Of a stretch of DNA of 64,000 bases, positions 43,138-53,927 are shown in pieces. Made by a program: the position numbers and the translations under genes. The notes beneath the pieces are model-generated. The model made no database searches. It had not been told where the DNA came from and worked only from the letters and a program-made list of their open reading frames with translations. Positions within the stretch are counted from its first letter, which is position 1; every line of letters begins with the position of its first letter. Source of the DNA: Candidatus Micrarchaeota archaeon (GTDB taxonomy: Archaea > Micrarchaeota > Micrarchaeia > Micrarchaeales > CABMGC01). Location: positions 125,027-189,026 of the forward strand of contig JAJYYF010000012.1 of the NCBI GenBank assembly GCA_021801225.1. Reading direction: 5' to 3'.

Positions 43138-44910
43138 ATGTTATTTTCTGAGGTTGCAGAGTACTACCAAAAATTAGAAGAGGTTTCTTCAAGACTTACA
43201 ATGATAGATATTTTATCTGAATTATTTTCAAAATCCTCAAAAGATGAAATAAAACAACTTATTTACTTAACACAAGGGGTCCTTTCTCCTCCTTTCGAAG
43301 GAAAAGAAATTGGTATGGCAGAAAAACTTGCGATTTCTTCAATAGTATTAGCTACCGGAATACCAAAAGAAAATATACAAAAACTTTTTAACTCAAAAGG
43401 TGATTTAGGCTCTGCCGCAGAGGAAGCAATTAAAGATACTAAGTTAAAAAAACTTCACAATAAAAAATTTACAGTAAATGAGTTATTTTCAACATTAAAT
43501 AAAATTGCAGATTCGTCTGGCTCAGGGAGTCAAGATATTAAGATAAAACTTTTAGCAGGATTGATATCAGATTCTTCTCCATTAGAATCGAGATATATAA
43601 TTAGATTTGCACTAGGTACATTACGTTTAGGTTTAGGTGATGCAACTATTCTTGAAGCATTATCTAAGGCTAAAACCGGTGATAGGGAATCAAAACAAGC
43701 TCTTGAAAATGCATATAACTTATGTAGTGATTTGGGCAAAGTCGGTTTTAAATTATTTGACGAAGGCATAGACGGGATTAATAAAATGGAGGTTTCTTTA
43801 TTCAATCCAATACGTCCTGAGTTGGCAGAAAGAGCAAAAAGTTTTGAAGAGATAATGGAAAGAATGAATAATATCTGCGCTGTAGATGGTAAATACGATG
43901 GCTTAAGGGCTCAATTACATCTAGATAAAAAGAAAAAAAGAGTAGAAATATTTTCTAGGAATTTAGAAAAAATGACTCATATGTTTCCTGACTTAGTAAA
44001 AGCTGTTTTCGAAGAGGTAGACGCAGAAACTTTAATATTGGACGGAGAGGCAATAGCTTATGACGATATAACAGAGGAGTTCAGACCATTTCAAGAAACT
44101 ATACAAACAAAAAGAAAACACGATATACAAGAAAAAAGTTCAGAGATGCCGCTTCATTTATTTGTATTCGATATAATGTACCTAAATGGAAAGTCATTAA
44201 TGGATAAATCTTATTCCGAAAGACGTGAAACTTTAGAAAAAGTACTAAATAAACGTATCTTTATTTTACCTGCTATAAGAATAATAACTAAATCAAAAAA
44301 AGAGTTAGAATTATTTTTTAACGCGCAATTAACTGCTGGTTTAGAGGGGATAGTTGCCAAAGATTTATCATCTACATATGTTGCCGGAGCTCGTAAATTT
44401 AGCTGGATAAAAATGAAGAGAAGTTATAAAAGTGAGCTTTCAGATACAGTTGATTTAGTCATTATAGGTTATTATTTAGGAAAAGGGTCAAGGACTGAGT
44501 TTGGTTTAGGTGGCCTTCTAGCAGCAGTTTATAATGACAAGAAAGATCTTTTTGAAAGTATAACTAAAATAGGTACTGGTTTCACAGAACAACAGATGTC
44601 ATACTTCAAAGAACTTTTAGATAAAATTACACTTAAGAAAAAACCTGCAAGAGTTGAGTCTGAAGTAGAACCTGATTTTTGGGTTGAACCTAAGTATGTT
44701 GTTGAGGTAAGAGCAGACGAAATAACACGTTCTCCTATGCATACTTGCGGTAAAACATCTTATCAATCAGAAGAGATAGGTTACGCATTAAGATTTCCAA
44801 GGATAATAAGTGATGGGATAAGGGATAAAAAAGCAGAGGATTCTACTACTACTGCAGAGATAATAGAGATGTTTGAAAAACAAAAGAAAAAACCTTTAAG
44901 TGATAAATAA
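43138..44910 (+). CDS. lig: ATP-dependent DNA ligase
   Basis: Motif I KYDGLRAQLH, motif III LDGEAIAY, motif IV/V regions (EGIVAK, ...WIKMKR) and a C-terminal OB domain. 590 aa. Confidence 0.9.
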   Translation: MLFSEVAEYYQKLEEVSSRLTMIDILSELFSKSSKDEIKQLIYLTQGVLSPPFEGKEIGMAEKLAISSIVLATGIPKENIQKLFNSKGDLGSAAEEAIKDTKLKKLHNKKFTVNELFSTLNKIADSSGSGSQDIKIKLLAGLISDSSPLESRYIIRFALGTLRLGLGDATILEALSKAKTGDRESKQALENAYNLCSDLGKVGFKLFDEGIDGINKMEVSLFNPIRPELAERAKSFEEIMERMNNICAVDGKYDGLRAQLHLDKKKKRVEIFSRNLEKMTHMFPDLVKAVFEEVDAETLILDGEAIAYDDITEEFRPFQETIQTKRKHDIQEKSSEMPLHLFVFDIMYLNGKSLMDKSYSERRETLEKVLNKRIFILPAIRIITKSKKELELFFNAQLTAGLEGIVAKDLSSTYVAGARKFSWIKMKRSYKSELSDTVDLVIIGYYLGKGSRTEFGLGGLLAAVYNDKKDLFESITKIGTGFTEQQMSYFKELLDKITLKKKPARVESEVEPDFWVEPKYVVEVRADEITRSPMHTCGKTSYQSEEIGYALRFPRIISDGIRDKKAEDSTTTAEIIEMFEKQKKKPLSDK

Positions 44911-45052
44911 TTTTAAGATAATTATTTATTTAGTTCCTTATACTCAAGTAAATTTTATTTACTAAAATAAATGTTTTTTTATTGAAAATAAAGTATTCCA
45001 CTATTTTCGTTTTAACAAAAGATATTTAAACTTATTTATGTTTATATTTGTC

Positions 45053-45060
45053 AAGGCGAT
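45053..45060 (+). promoter_or_regulatory. SD-like octamer AAGGCGAT, 3 nt upstream of the ftsZ ATG
   Basis: Identical octamer and spacing to sepF (7104-7111). Confidence 0.35.
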
Positions 45061-45063
45061 CAA

Positions 45064-46119
45064 ATGGTAGATTTTTCCGGAGACATTTTGGGAAAAAATG
45101 TAGATAACAGTAGTGTGAATTATACTCCACAGATAAAAATAGTAACTGTTGGAGTTGGGGGCGGAGGAAATAACACAGTAAACCGATTAATAAAGGTTGG
45201 TGTTAAGGGAACCGAACTTGTAGCTGTGAACACAGATGTTCAGCACTTCAAAATTCTTGATGACAGAATTAAGAAAATTTTGATAGGAAAAAGTATGTCA
45301 AGAGGATTAGGAGCAGGAGGAGATCCTGAAGTTGGTGCAAAGGCAGCTGAAGTTGACAGACAACAGTTAGAAGAGGTTCTTTCTGGTGCTCAATTAGTAT
45401 TCTTATGCGCAGGTATGGGAGGAGGAACAGGAACCGGAGCAATCCCTGTAGTTGCACAAATAGCAAAAGAACAAGGCGCAATAGTAGTTTCAATGGTAAC
45501 TTACCCATTCGATCTTGAAAGAGTAAGAAAGGTAAAGGCAGAAGAAGGTATTCAAAAATTAAGAAAATTCAGCGACAGTGTGATAATATTAGATAACAAT
45601 AGACTTGTAAAGTTAGTTCCTAACTTACCAATGAATGATGCTTTTGCAGTAGCAGATGATATATTAGCAAAGGCAATCGGTGGTTTGGTATGGACAATAA
45701 CTCAACCAAGTTTAATAAATATAGACTTTGCAGATGTACGTTCGATAATGGGAAGCGGAGATGTAGGATTTATCTCTGTCGGAACAGGAAAAGGCAATGA
45801 AAAAGTTGCAGCTGCATCAGAACAAGTAATAAAGAACAAATTACTAGATGTAGACTTCGAAAACGCAAAGGGTGCTTTGATACACATCTCAGGCGCTTCT
45901 GATCTTACATTAGGAGACGCAATAAAAGCAGGAGAGTTAATAACAGAAAGAATGGATCCAAAAGCAAACGTAAAATGGGGAGCAAGAATTATTCCTGGTT
46001 ATGAAGGCCAACTAGAAATAGTTGCTATTGTAACTGGAGTAAGTGGTTCTAGCATTTTAGGGAAGTTTGAAGATAAAAAGAAAGCTTCATCTTCATTTGG
46101 AGATTTAGAGATGATATAA
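45064..46119 (+). CDS. ftsZ: cell division GTPase FtsZ, paralogue A
   Basis: Tubulin signature [20 protein letters not shown]; NTD.Q block; T7 region VIILDNNRL. Confidence 0.9.
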   Translation: MVDFSGDILGKNVDNSSVNYTPQIKIVTVGVGGGGNNTVNRLIKVGVKGTELVAVNTDVQHFKILDDRIKKILIGKSMSRGLGAGGDPEVGAKAAEVDRQQLEEVLSGAQLVFLCAGMGGGTGTGAIPVVAQIAKEQGAIVVSMVTYPFDLERVRKVKAEEGIQKLRKFSDSVIILDNNRLVKLVPNLPMNDAFAVADDILAKAIGGLVWTITQPSLINIDFADVRSIMGSGDVGFISVGTGKGNEKVAAASEQVIKNKLLDVDFENAKGALIHISGASDLTLGDAIKAGELITERMDPKANVKWGARIIPGYEGQLEIVAIVTGVSGSSILGKFEDKKKASSSFGDLEMI

Positions 46120-47138
46120 TGGCAGAGTTCGATTACGATTCATTTCAACCTAAGGTTGCTGTTGTAGGTTTAGGAGGTCAAGGAAGCAACTTAATTAACA
46201 GGTTAATGGCAAACAACATTAAAAGTGCTGACACAATTGCAATGAATACAGATGTTGGTCACCTAAATATGATAAAAGCACAAAAAAAGATTCTCTTAGG
46301 AAAGGACATAACAAATGGATTAGGTGCAGGTGGTTATCCAGAGGTAGGTATGAAAGCAGCAGAAGTAAGCAAATCTGAGATTGCAGCAGCATTAGAAGGT
46401 TATCACTTGGTGTTCATAGCTGCAGGTATGGGTGGCGGTTCAGGAACAGGCTCTGCACCTGTTGTAGCGCAAGTTGCAAGAGAGATGGGCGCAACTGTTA
46501 TAGCAACTGTAACTTATCCATTTGCACTTGAAAGAAGCAGAAAACTTAAAGCAGAATGGGGCATTGAACAACTAAATAAACAAGCAGATTGTGTAATAGT
46601 TATAGAAAATGACAAGCTATTGTCATACGTTCCAAATCTTCCAATAGAAAGAGCATTTGAGCTAGTTGATAACATAACAGGTAATGCTGTAAAAGGCATT
46701 GCAGATACTATAACCTTACCTAGTTTAATAAATCTTGATTTTGCAGACTTAAGAAATGTAGTTAGAAACACAGGTACTGCTGTAATAAGCTTGGGTTCAG
46801 GTCAGGGAGCTGATAAGGTAGAGCAAGCAATAAGATCAACAAAAGAACATCCATTATTAACTGTTGATAACGAAGGTGCAAAAGGAGCATTAATTCATGT
46901 AGTAGGAGGAACAAATCTTTCAATACGTGACGCAACAAGAATAGGCGAAGGAGTAACTGACAATTTAGCACCAGATGCAAATGTTATCTTCGGTTCAAGA
47001 ATGCTTCCAGAGTTGAACGACCAAGTAAGAGTAATGTCAGTAATAACTGGAGTAAAAGCAAAATTTGGAGAGTCAAGAAACAAAGAGGTACGTGAAGCAC
47101 ATAGCATGAGGCTAGAGATGACTGATCGTATATATTGA
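46119..47138 (+). CDS. ftsZ: cell division GTPase FtsZ, paralogue B
   Basis: GMGGGSGTGSAPVVAQVARE, NTDVGHL, VIVIENDKL. The start overlaps the stop of paralogue A (TAATG). Confidence 0.9.
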   Translation: MAEFDYDSFQPKVAVVGLGGQGSNLINRLMANNIKSADTIAMNTDVGHLNMIKAQKKILLGKDITNGLGAGGYPEVGMKAAEVSKSEIAAALEGYHLVFIAAGMGGGSGTGSAPVVAQVAREMGATVIATVTYPFALERSRKLKAEWGIEQLNKQADCVIVIENDKLLSYVPNLPIERAFELVDNITGNAVKGIADTITLPSLINLDFADLRNVVRNTGTAVISLGSGQGADKVEQAIRSTKEHPLLTVDNEGAKGALIHVVGGTNLSIRDATRIGEGVTDNLAPDANVIFGSRMLPELNDQVRVMSVITGVKAKFGESRNKEVREAHSMRLEMTDRIY

Positions 47139-47259
47139 AACTTCAAATTTAAGTTAATTAAAACTATCTAAACAACGCAAAGGTAAGACCTTATCTATTT
47201 AGCGATTAACATATTAATGCACTGAAAAGTGCATGTGAGGGCTTTTGCAAGTTGTTTAA

Positions 47260-48060
47260 ATGGTAGTAATATCAGAAAAAAAAGTATTGGAGCTCATAAA
47301 ATTTGAGCAAATAATAAAGAGATGTCCAATATGCTTAAAGGATACGGAACAGACGGCTTATTATTCGCATAAGCCTGATCTTTCAATTACAACATACACT
47401 GAAACAACTCCAGCAATACAAGTAAAGATCCTTTCAAATATTGGGCATATGTATGAGTGGTATGTACTCGCTACATGTACCTCATGCAACTACACATACA
47501 AGGTGACCGGTGTGCCAAAAATGAAAGAAAAAGATATTCCAAAAACAAGCAGTTTTAATAGTATAGAACTAGCATTAACTTGCTGTGATGTTTGTTATAA
47601 TGAGTATTATCGCTATGTTATTGGCGATGTTTTTATTAACTTATCTTCTGGCGGAAAGGTTTATTTATGCGAATCTCACGCAAAATCAGTTGAAGAAGAA
47701 AAAAATAAAAACGGAAATTACAACTCTTTTATTAAAAAGATGAACTACTGGGAGAATAATAAGGAAATACCTATAGTAATCAAAACAAAATCAGATGAGT
47801 TTCTTTTAAAAAGATGTAACGGCTTAACGATACATATACTAGACGTACTTAAAGAATCCGAAGAGCTATCTAGAAGTGAGTTGTTCAACAAGGTATCAAA
47901 AAGATCAGTAAAGTTGAAACAACCACAGTTTGATGAAGTTGTAGGTTACTTAAAAGGAATGTCTCTATTAGAAGAAAAAGAAAGTGGTTCGTTTATACGA
48001 AAAAGATTCTTTAGTCTTTCAAAATCAGGCAGTGATGTTGCAGAAGCATTAAATGTATAA
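47260..48060 (+). CDS. zinc-ribbon plus C-terminal winged-helix protein, function unknown
   Basis: CPIC...CTSC and CCDVC...CESH cysteine clusters; the C-terminal LSRSELFNKVS...VVGYLKGMSLLEEKESG is wHTH-like. Confidence 0.4.
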   Translation: MVVISEKKVLELIKFEQIIKRCPICLKDTEQTAYYSHKPDLSITTYTETTPAIQVKILSNIGHMYEWYVLATCTSCNYTYKVTGVPKMKEKDIPKTSSFNSIELALTCCDVCYNEYYRYVIGDVFINLSSGGKVYLCESHAKSVEEEKNKNGNYNSFIKKMNYWENNKEIPIVIKTKSDEFLLKRCNGLTIHILDVLKESEELSRSELFNKVSKRSVKLKQPQFDEVVGYLKGMSLLEEKESGSFIRKRFFSLSKSGSDVAEALNV

Positions 48061-48107
48061 TTCTTTTTACAGTAACTATATCTAATACATAAGTAACTCA
48101 TTCCAGG

Positions 48108-49169
48108 TTGTACAAAATGCGATATTTTATTTACGGTTCTCCAATATTCCTTAAAAGTAATCTTATATCAATCAAAAGTATCTTTGGCAACTTCAAAGTA
48201 GAGTCTAATTTTATTAATTCATATATAATATCAGCGCATTCTGCATCTTTAAATAATAAAAAATCAGAGATAAATTTTTTATATAGAGTATTAAAAATAC
48301 TAAAAACAGAAAAAATCTCAGAAAAAAATTATCTTGAAGATATTAAAAATACCTTAATAAAAACAACCATACCTAACAAAAAAATACGTCTAGAGTGTGT
48401 CGATATAAACTCAAGAAGAGGCTACTCAGCTAAGGATATTGAGGTTTATTTAGGAGAGTATCTTGAAAAAATAGGAGCAAAGGTTACCTTAAAAAATCCA
48501 GAGATACTTTGTTATATAATTCTTTTTGATATGAACTGTCATATAGGATTTATCTCTTATAAGAAGTTAAGTTTTATTGATCCTGGGAGGCATTACAAAA
48601 CTTTATCTTCTGGGATATCAAGAGCAGAGTTTAAGCTAATGGAAGCATTTGATGAATTTAAGATAAAATTAAAACCAGATCAAATTGCTTTTGATTTAGG
48701 TGCTTCACCAGGAGGCTGGAGCGTTCTTATGGCTAAAAAAGGAGTAAATGTACTTGCCATAGACCAAGGCGAGATGTTTTCTGATAAAATTAAAAAATTA
48801 AATATAAATTATATAGAAGCAACAACACCAAACATGAGTAAATTTAAAAAAAATAATATACAAATACTACATATAAGAAAAAAATTTCAAGAAGCAATAG
48901 GTTTTCTAGACTATGTTAAAAAAGCGGATATAATAACCTGTGATATGAATATATCCCCAGAAGAAGCCTCAAAGGCAGTTTTACTTTTTTCAGGTAAATT
49001 GAAAAAAAACGCGAAGCTTATTTTTACTATAAAATGCAAAACAAAGTTTGCGAAAAAATATGTAGAAGAGGCAAAAACTATCTTATCTAAACATTTTAAA
49101 ATTGAATCGATAACTGCGCTTCCAAGCAACAGGCAAGAACTTACTTTATATGGTAAATTTAAAAATTGA
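48108..49169 (+). CDS. THUMP-like N-terminal domain plus FtsJ/RlmM-type SAM-dependent 2'-O-methyltransferase
   Basis: SAM motif AFDLGASPGGWSVLMAKKG and CDMN (motif IV-like). The ATG at 48117 is the probable start. Confidence 0.6.
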   Translation: MYKMRYFIYGSPIFLKSNLISIKSIFGNFKVESNFINSYIISAHSASLNNKKSEINFLYRVLKILKTEKISEKNYLEDIKNTLIKTTIPNKKIRLECVDINSRRGYSAKDIEVYLGEYLEKIGAKVTLKNPEILCYIILFDMNCHIGFISYKKLSFIDPGRHYKTLSSGISRAEFKLMEAFDEFKIKLKPDQIAFDLGASPGGWSVLMAKKGVNVLAIDQGEMFSDKIKKLNINYIEATTPNMSKFKKNNIQILHIRKKFQEAIGFLDYVKKADIITCDMNISPEEASKAVLLFSGKLKKNAKLIFTIKCKTKFAKKYVEEAKTILSKHFKIESITALPSNRQELTLYGKFKN

Positions 49170-49206
49170 TTCTAAAACTAAAAATACAGAATTTCATATC
49201 TACTTA

Positions 49207-49512
49207 TTATGTATCTCTTTTTAACTTAAGAATTTTTGCTATTGCAGAATCACGGATTGAGATTACCGGATCTGTTCTTGCAATATCTATTAATATTTGT
49301 TTATAACTTTCTATTGAACTTTTTCTTTTTTTGTTGTTAGAAAATTTTATGTTTAATGTAACGGCTAATCTTACAAACTCATCATTATGTTTAGACAATC
49401 TTTTTAGAACATTAATACTCTCTGTACTCAAAGCAAGATTTTTATCAAACCATGCTGGATGCTGTTCTGATTCATTTTTTTGTGATTTATATTTACCCAA
49501 ATATCTACTCAA
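49207..49512 (-). CDS. hypothetical small protein (HEAT-like helices)
   Basis: 101 aa; the segments NDEFVRLAVTLN and PVISIRDSAIAKIL resemble HEAT-like repeats. The support is weak. Confidence 0.3.
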   Translation of the reverse strand: MSRYLGKYKSQKNESEQHPAWFDKNLALSTESINVLKRLSKHNDEFVRLAVTLNIKFSNNKKRKSSIESYKQILIDIARTDPVISIRDSAIAKILKLKRDT

Positions 49513-49525
49513 TTTAATCCTCTAT

Positions 49526-50641
49526 TCACGGTAAGTACTCCTTATTCTTTATCTTTTCTCTTATGTAATCTCCTACAAATGTTAATCTAGGTCCTTGTAA
49601 TGCGTCTTGTTCAAGTTTTATTCTTGATTTTATCATACGCTCTAGCTCAACCTCCCATTCCTTATGCTTCTTTATCCACTCATAATTAAGCATTTCCTGT
49701 GCTCTTTTAAGGTCTACCTCAGAAGCTTTTATAGTTAATTTATTTAAGAATTCATACTTATCTAGATCGGACATAGTGACACCTAGGAATCTAGCTTCTG
49801 GAGTTGCAACGTCACCTCCTATATAAGCTAGGTTAATACTACCTGTCTTTATAGTCCAGTAAATATACCATCCCCACGCATCTGAGTCTGTAAAAACATA
49901 AATCGGTAATCCTGCATCAGCTAGTTTTCTTATTATCCTTCTAGTTCCTCTAGCTGCTTGGCCCTGAGGTGTTATTAATATCGCATTCTCTTTTTTCCAG
50001 AATAAGTCCTCATTTAATCGCTGCCATAATGCATCTTTTTCTACTACAATAACATACTTTGCTTTAATATCAACAAACTCAATATCATTATCTACATCAC
50101 TTGGTATAGCCCAGCCGCTTCTTCCTTGTTTTGTGCAGTCTATCTCGATTTTTTCATTTCCAAAGGTATCAATTATCCTCATATTTCCTGCAAGTACTCC
50201 TTTTCTGTTTGCATTTAAATTAAGGTCCTCTCTTTTCAATGAAAGTGCAACTTCTATATCCTCAATTAATGGATTTGACTCTGATTGTTCGCTAAATACA
50301 TTTTCATCTACATCCTCACCTAGCGAAAACTTCAATTGGTAATACAAACCTCTTATTGTGGTGTGTAAACCTTCCTTCACAAATTTATGACACTTTGCAG
50401 CCACAGCCATGGTCTGCATAAATCTTTTAGATTGAGACACATTCACAAAACTTCGTTCTTCTTTTGTACTGCCTAATCTCAAGTAACCATTTTTGTGATC
50501 AAAAATTATATTAGAACGTGTCCTAGCTAAAGTTGTAAATTTAGGATTAGCCCCTTTTTTAATATCCCTAACTATACTATTTCCTAAATCTTCTATTTTT
50601 TTTTCTGGTGTTTCATTATCTTTACTCTTAGCCATAATCAC
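49526..50641 (-). CDS. top6A: DNA topoisomerase VI subunit A (Spo11 family)
   Basis: Catalytic Tyr region TIRGLYYQL. Toprim blocks VIVVEKDA and [14 protein letters not shown]-terminal KLEQDAL. Confidence 0.9.
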   Translation of the reverse strand: MIMAKSKDNETPEKKIEDLGNSIVRDIKKGANPKFTTLARTRSNIIFDHKNGYLRLGSTKEERSFVNVSQSKRFMQTMAVAAKCHKFVKEGLHTTIRGLYYQLKFSLGEDVDENVFSEQSESNPLIEDIEVALSLKREDLNLNANRKGVLAGNMRIIDTFGNEKIEIDCTKQGRSGWAIPSDVDNDIEFVDIKAKYVIVVEKDALWQRLNEDLFWKKENAILITPQGQAARGTRRIIRKLADAGLPIYVFTDSDAWGWYIYWTIKTGSINLAYIGGDVATPEARFLGVTMSDLDKYEFLNKLTIKASEVDLKRAQEMLNYEWIKKHKEWEVELERMIKSRIKLEQDALQGPRLTFVGDYIREKIKNKEYLP

Positions 50642-52617
50642 TCATCTTCTTTATCAAGTATTAATGGCTTTCTTTCTTTAGAGTCATTCATTATATAATT
50701 CTTTAACTCCTTTATCATTGCGTCTCTTCTTGGACTTTGTTTTAGCACATTTTCTAATACTTCAGCTATGTTCTTTGCAGTAATTATCTTTATCTTTTTA
50801 AGATCCTCTTTATCTAGATTTATGTCCTTACTATTTGTATCTGGTATTACTACGTACTTCATTCCTGCTTCTATAGCTGCTAATATCTTGTAAGTTACAC
50901 CTCCTACCGGAAGAACCTCTCCTCGTACTGAAAGTGAACCAGTCATTGCAAATTCTTGATTTACAGGAATTCCTTCTAAGGCAGAGATAACAGCTACAGC
51001 AACTGATATGCTTGCACTATCTCCCTCTACACCTTCATATGTCTGAAGGAACTGGACATGTATATCATATCTAGTCATATCTCTTCCAATGTGTTTCTTT
51101 ATTATTGCGCTTATGTTCTTAACTGCCTCCTGTGCAATCTTTCCTAACTTTCCAGTAGGTATAAGCTTACCTTCTGTTCTAGAACTTGCCTTTGTGACCT
51201 CTGCAACTATAGGTAAAACTATTCCTGCAGATAAGTACGAAGAACCGACTACAGCTAAACCATTTACTCTTCCTATAGCAAAGCCCTTTGTTTTAAATAT
51301 CTGATAATCTCTTCTATACTCTAGACTTTGTGCAACATACTGTGCTTCTATAGGTCTTGCAAGGTTCATGGCTGAGAGTACATCACTTGTTGTAACCATA
51401 TTTCTATTATTTTCTTTTGCAATATCTCCAGCTGCTCTAATCAATCCTCCAAGATCTCTTAATATAAGTGTTAATCTATTCTTTCTTCCGCTTCTTCTCT
51501 TTGCCTCCTCTATTATATACATACACGCATCATATGAAAATGGAGGTATCTTTCCATCTTTTTTAACTTCCTGTGCAATAAACTTTATCAACTCAAATCT
51601 ATTTTCTTCTGTGTCTGGCATTGATGATTCCATATAAACCTCATAACCATAACCACGTATTCTTGATCTAAGTGCAGGATGCATTTTTTGAATATCTTGT
51701 AAGTTACCTGCAGCAACCAGTAAAAAGTCACACGGTACTGGTTCTGTTCTTATCAACGCACCAGAACTCATCTCACTTTGACCGGTTATTGGGTACTTCT
51801 TTTCCTGTAATGCAGTAAGTAACTCTTGTTGTGATCTAGGTTCTATATCAGCTACTTCATCAATAAATAAAACTCCTTTATTTGCTTTGTGTATTGCTCC
51901 GCTCTCTACTCTTAAATGTGCTGGAGTTCCTAAACCTCCTGACTGTAATGGATCGTGCTTTACATCTCCAAACATTGCTCCTGCGCGTGATCCAGTTGCA
52001 TCTATAAATGGAGCATGCGTTCTGCCTGTATTATCTATTATTAATTTAGGCTCTGAAGACTCGAAAACTCCAGGAAGTATACCTCCCATTCGTCTAAAGC
52101 TGCCTACAAATACAACTATAGAAGCAAAAATCAAAACGCCTAGTATCAACCCAGCTAATAGCAGCATTCTATATCCTGTAAACCAGCTAGAAAAGCTTAA
52201 GGCAAAAAGTATTATTACTATTACTAATACTATTGGTATTATACTGCTTTTAGGTGCAGATGTATCAACCTTTACCCTCATCTTTTCTTTTTGGACTATC
52301 TGTCTTCCTTGTCCATCCCCTAATGGTTTTCCTTGTTGAGGAGGGTTTGGATAGGTTTTAACTACCTTAATTATTGGTTTATTCTCCTCATTAGGATTTT
52401 TATAAACTAAAACATCTTCTAAATCAGTATTTCCTAATAACTCTGCCATTCCCTGTGCAAGCATAGTCTTTCCTGTTCCCGGATCACCTATTAACAATAC
52501 ATTTCTGTGTTGTCTAGCGGCCTTTTTTACTATCTCTGTTGCTCTCTGTTGTCCTATTACTTGATCAATCATCTTTTCAGGTATTTTTATATCATCAGTT
52601 GTGTTGAATTTTTTCAT
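50638..52617 (-). CDS. lon: archaeal membrane-bound Lon protease (LonB)
   Basis: Walker A GDPGTGKT; two TM helices inserted in the AAA module ([15 protein letters not shown]..., [19 protein letters not shown]); proteolytic Ser region [10 protein letters not shown]. Overlaps top6A by 4 nt. Confidence 0.9.
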   Translation of the reverse strand: MKKFNTTDDIKIPEKMIDQVIGQQRATEIVKKAARQHRNVLLIGDPGTGKTMLAQGMAELLGNTDLEDVLVYKNPNEENKPIIKVVKTYPNPPQQGKPLGDGQGRQIVQKEKMRVKVDTSAPKSSIIPIVLVIVIILFALSFSSWFTGYRMLLLAGLILGVLIFASIVVFVGSFRRMGGILPGVFESSEPKLIIDNTGRTHAPFIDATGSRAGAMFGDVKHDPLQSGGLGTPAHLRVESGAIHKANKGVLFIDEVADIEPRSQQELLTALQEKKYPITGQSEMSSGALIRTEPVPCDFLLVAAGNLQDIQKMHPALRSRIRGYGYEVYMESSMPDTEENRFELIKFIAQEVKKDGKIPPFSYDACMYIIEEAKRRSGRKNRLTLILRDLGGLIRAAGDIAKENNRNMVTTSDVLSAMNLARPIEAQYVAQSLEYRRDYQIFKTKGFAIGRVNGLAVVGSSYLSAGIVLPIVAEVTKASSRTEGKLIPTGKLGKIAQEAVKNISAIIKKHIGRDMTRYDIHVQFLQTYEGVEGDSASISVAVAVISALEGIPVNQEFAMTGSLSVRGEVLPVGGVTYKILAAIEAGMKYVVIPDTNSKDINLDKEDLKKIKIITAKNIAEVLENVLKQSPRRDAMIKELKNYIMNDSKERKPLILDKEDE

Positions 52618-52988
52618 ATATACACTGTTTTAAATGTATTTTATCCGATGTAAAAAATAATAAGGATAAAACATTATAAATACTTAATTGAAAAGCTTAT
52701 TATACCTTTTATACTGATTTGGTATTCATATCTTACCTAATCGTTTAATTAGTAATAAATATTTATACATTTATTTAAGATATAGGAGATATGGGTGCCC
52801 CTCAAGATTAACAATATAAATAGCGTTTAGAGGGTGGGGAAGATAAATAGATTTACTCTAAACGCATGGAAGTAATTTGCTACTATAAATTTATAAATAT
52901 TCTTATTTTTACTTTGTATTAAAATATACCATAATAATCCTAATATATAAAAATAAATATACGTGATTCTAATTCTCTAACTGATTAC

Positions 52989-53927
52989 ATGCATAGTGTA
53001 TATTGTAAAAACATATCTAAAATATATCATAATAAAAAGAAGGCACTTAACAACGTATCTTTTTCATTTAAGGGTAAAGGGATTCTTTCTATAATCGGTA
53101 AAAACGGCGCTGGAAAAACTACCCTTATTAGAATACTTGCTACGGAGTTAGTTCCAACATCTGGCACCGTAATTATAGATGATATAAACATTGTAAAAAA
53201 TCCAGAAGAAATACGTAAAAACATAGCAATAATTCCGCAAGAAGCACGTGCTGTTCAATGGCTTACTCCAAAGCAAACACTCATCTCATATTTAATGTAT
53301 CGTGGTTTTTCTTACTCCGAATCAAAAAAATTAGCAATAGAGTCATTGAAAAAATTATCATTAACCAAGAATTTAAACACATTAAATAGGTTGCTTTCTG
53401 GAGGTACGAAAAGAAAGGTTTTAGTCTCTTATGTACTTTTTTCAGGAGCAAAAATTATCTTTTTAGATGAACCGACAACAGGCCTCGATCCGATATCTAG
53501 AAGCGAACTATGGAATTTATTAAAAAAACTAAAAGATGATTATCTAATAGTATTAACTACTCATTATCTTGAGGAAGCAGAAAGGCTTTCAGATAAGATA
53601 ATTTTAATAGATGATGGGAAGTTGGTTGCATACGACAGTATGGATGGCCTTAGAAAAAAAATAAAGTATAACTACAGCATTTTAATATCTAACAATATCC
53701 AAAAGATGCCCAAATTTATAAATGTGAAATACAAAATAATAAAAGGTTTAAATAGTGGCTATCAAATACTTACAAATGAAAAAGATTCAGAAAAAATAAC
53801 AAACATATTGATAAAAAACAATATAAAATTTTCAATAAATCCTGTTTCATTAGAGGACATATTTTATTATTTAGTTAAAAAGACAATTTCAGAGGACTCT
53901 GATAATAGTGATAATGATGAATACTAA
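52989..53927 (+). CDS. ABC transporter ATP-binding protein
   Basis: Walker A GKNGAGKTT, signature LSGGTKRKV, Walker B IIFLDEPTTGLD. Confidence 0.9.
   Translation: MHSVYCKNISKIYHNKKKALNNVSFSFKGKGILSIIGKNGAGKTTLIRILATELVPTSGTVIIDDINIVKNPEEIRKNIAIIPQEARAVQWLTPKQTLISYLMYRGFSYSESKKLAIESLKKLSLTKNLNTLNRLLSGGTKRKVLVSYVLFSGAKIIFLDEPTTGLDPISRSELWNLLKKLKDDYLIVLTTHYLEEAERLSDKIILIDDGKLVAYDSMDGLRKKIKYNYSILISNNIQKMPKFINVKYKIIKGLNSGYQILTNEKDSEKITNILIKNNIKFSINPVSLEDIFYYLVKKTISEDSDNSDNDEY

Noticed and set aside
45269-47146. Five minus-strand ORFs of 61-85 aa inside the ftsZ genes
   Set aside because: They are antisense to two clearly genuine FtsZ genes, and their L/Q/H-rich translations are artefacts of the GGN-rich sense strand.
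51089-52339. Plus-strand ORFs of 71, 89 and 150 aa
   Set aside because: They are antisense to lonB and have no motifs.
52787-52811. Mini-ORF MGAPQD after GGAGAT
   Set aside because: It is six codons long with zero spacing between the SD-like sequence and the ATG. It is considered part of the structured element rather than a gene.
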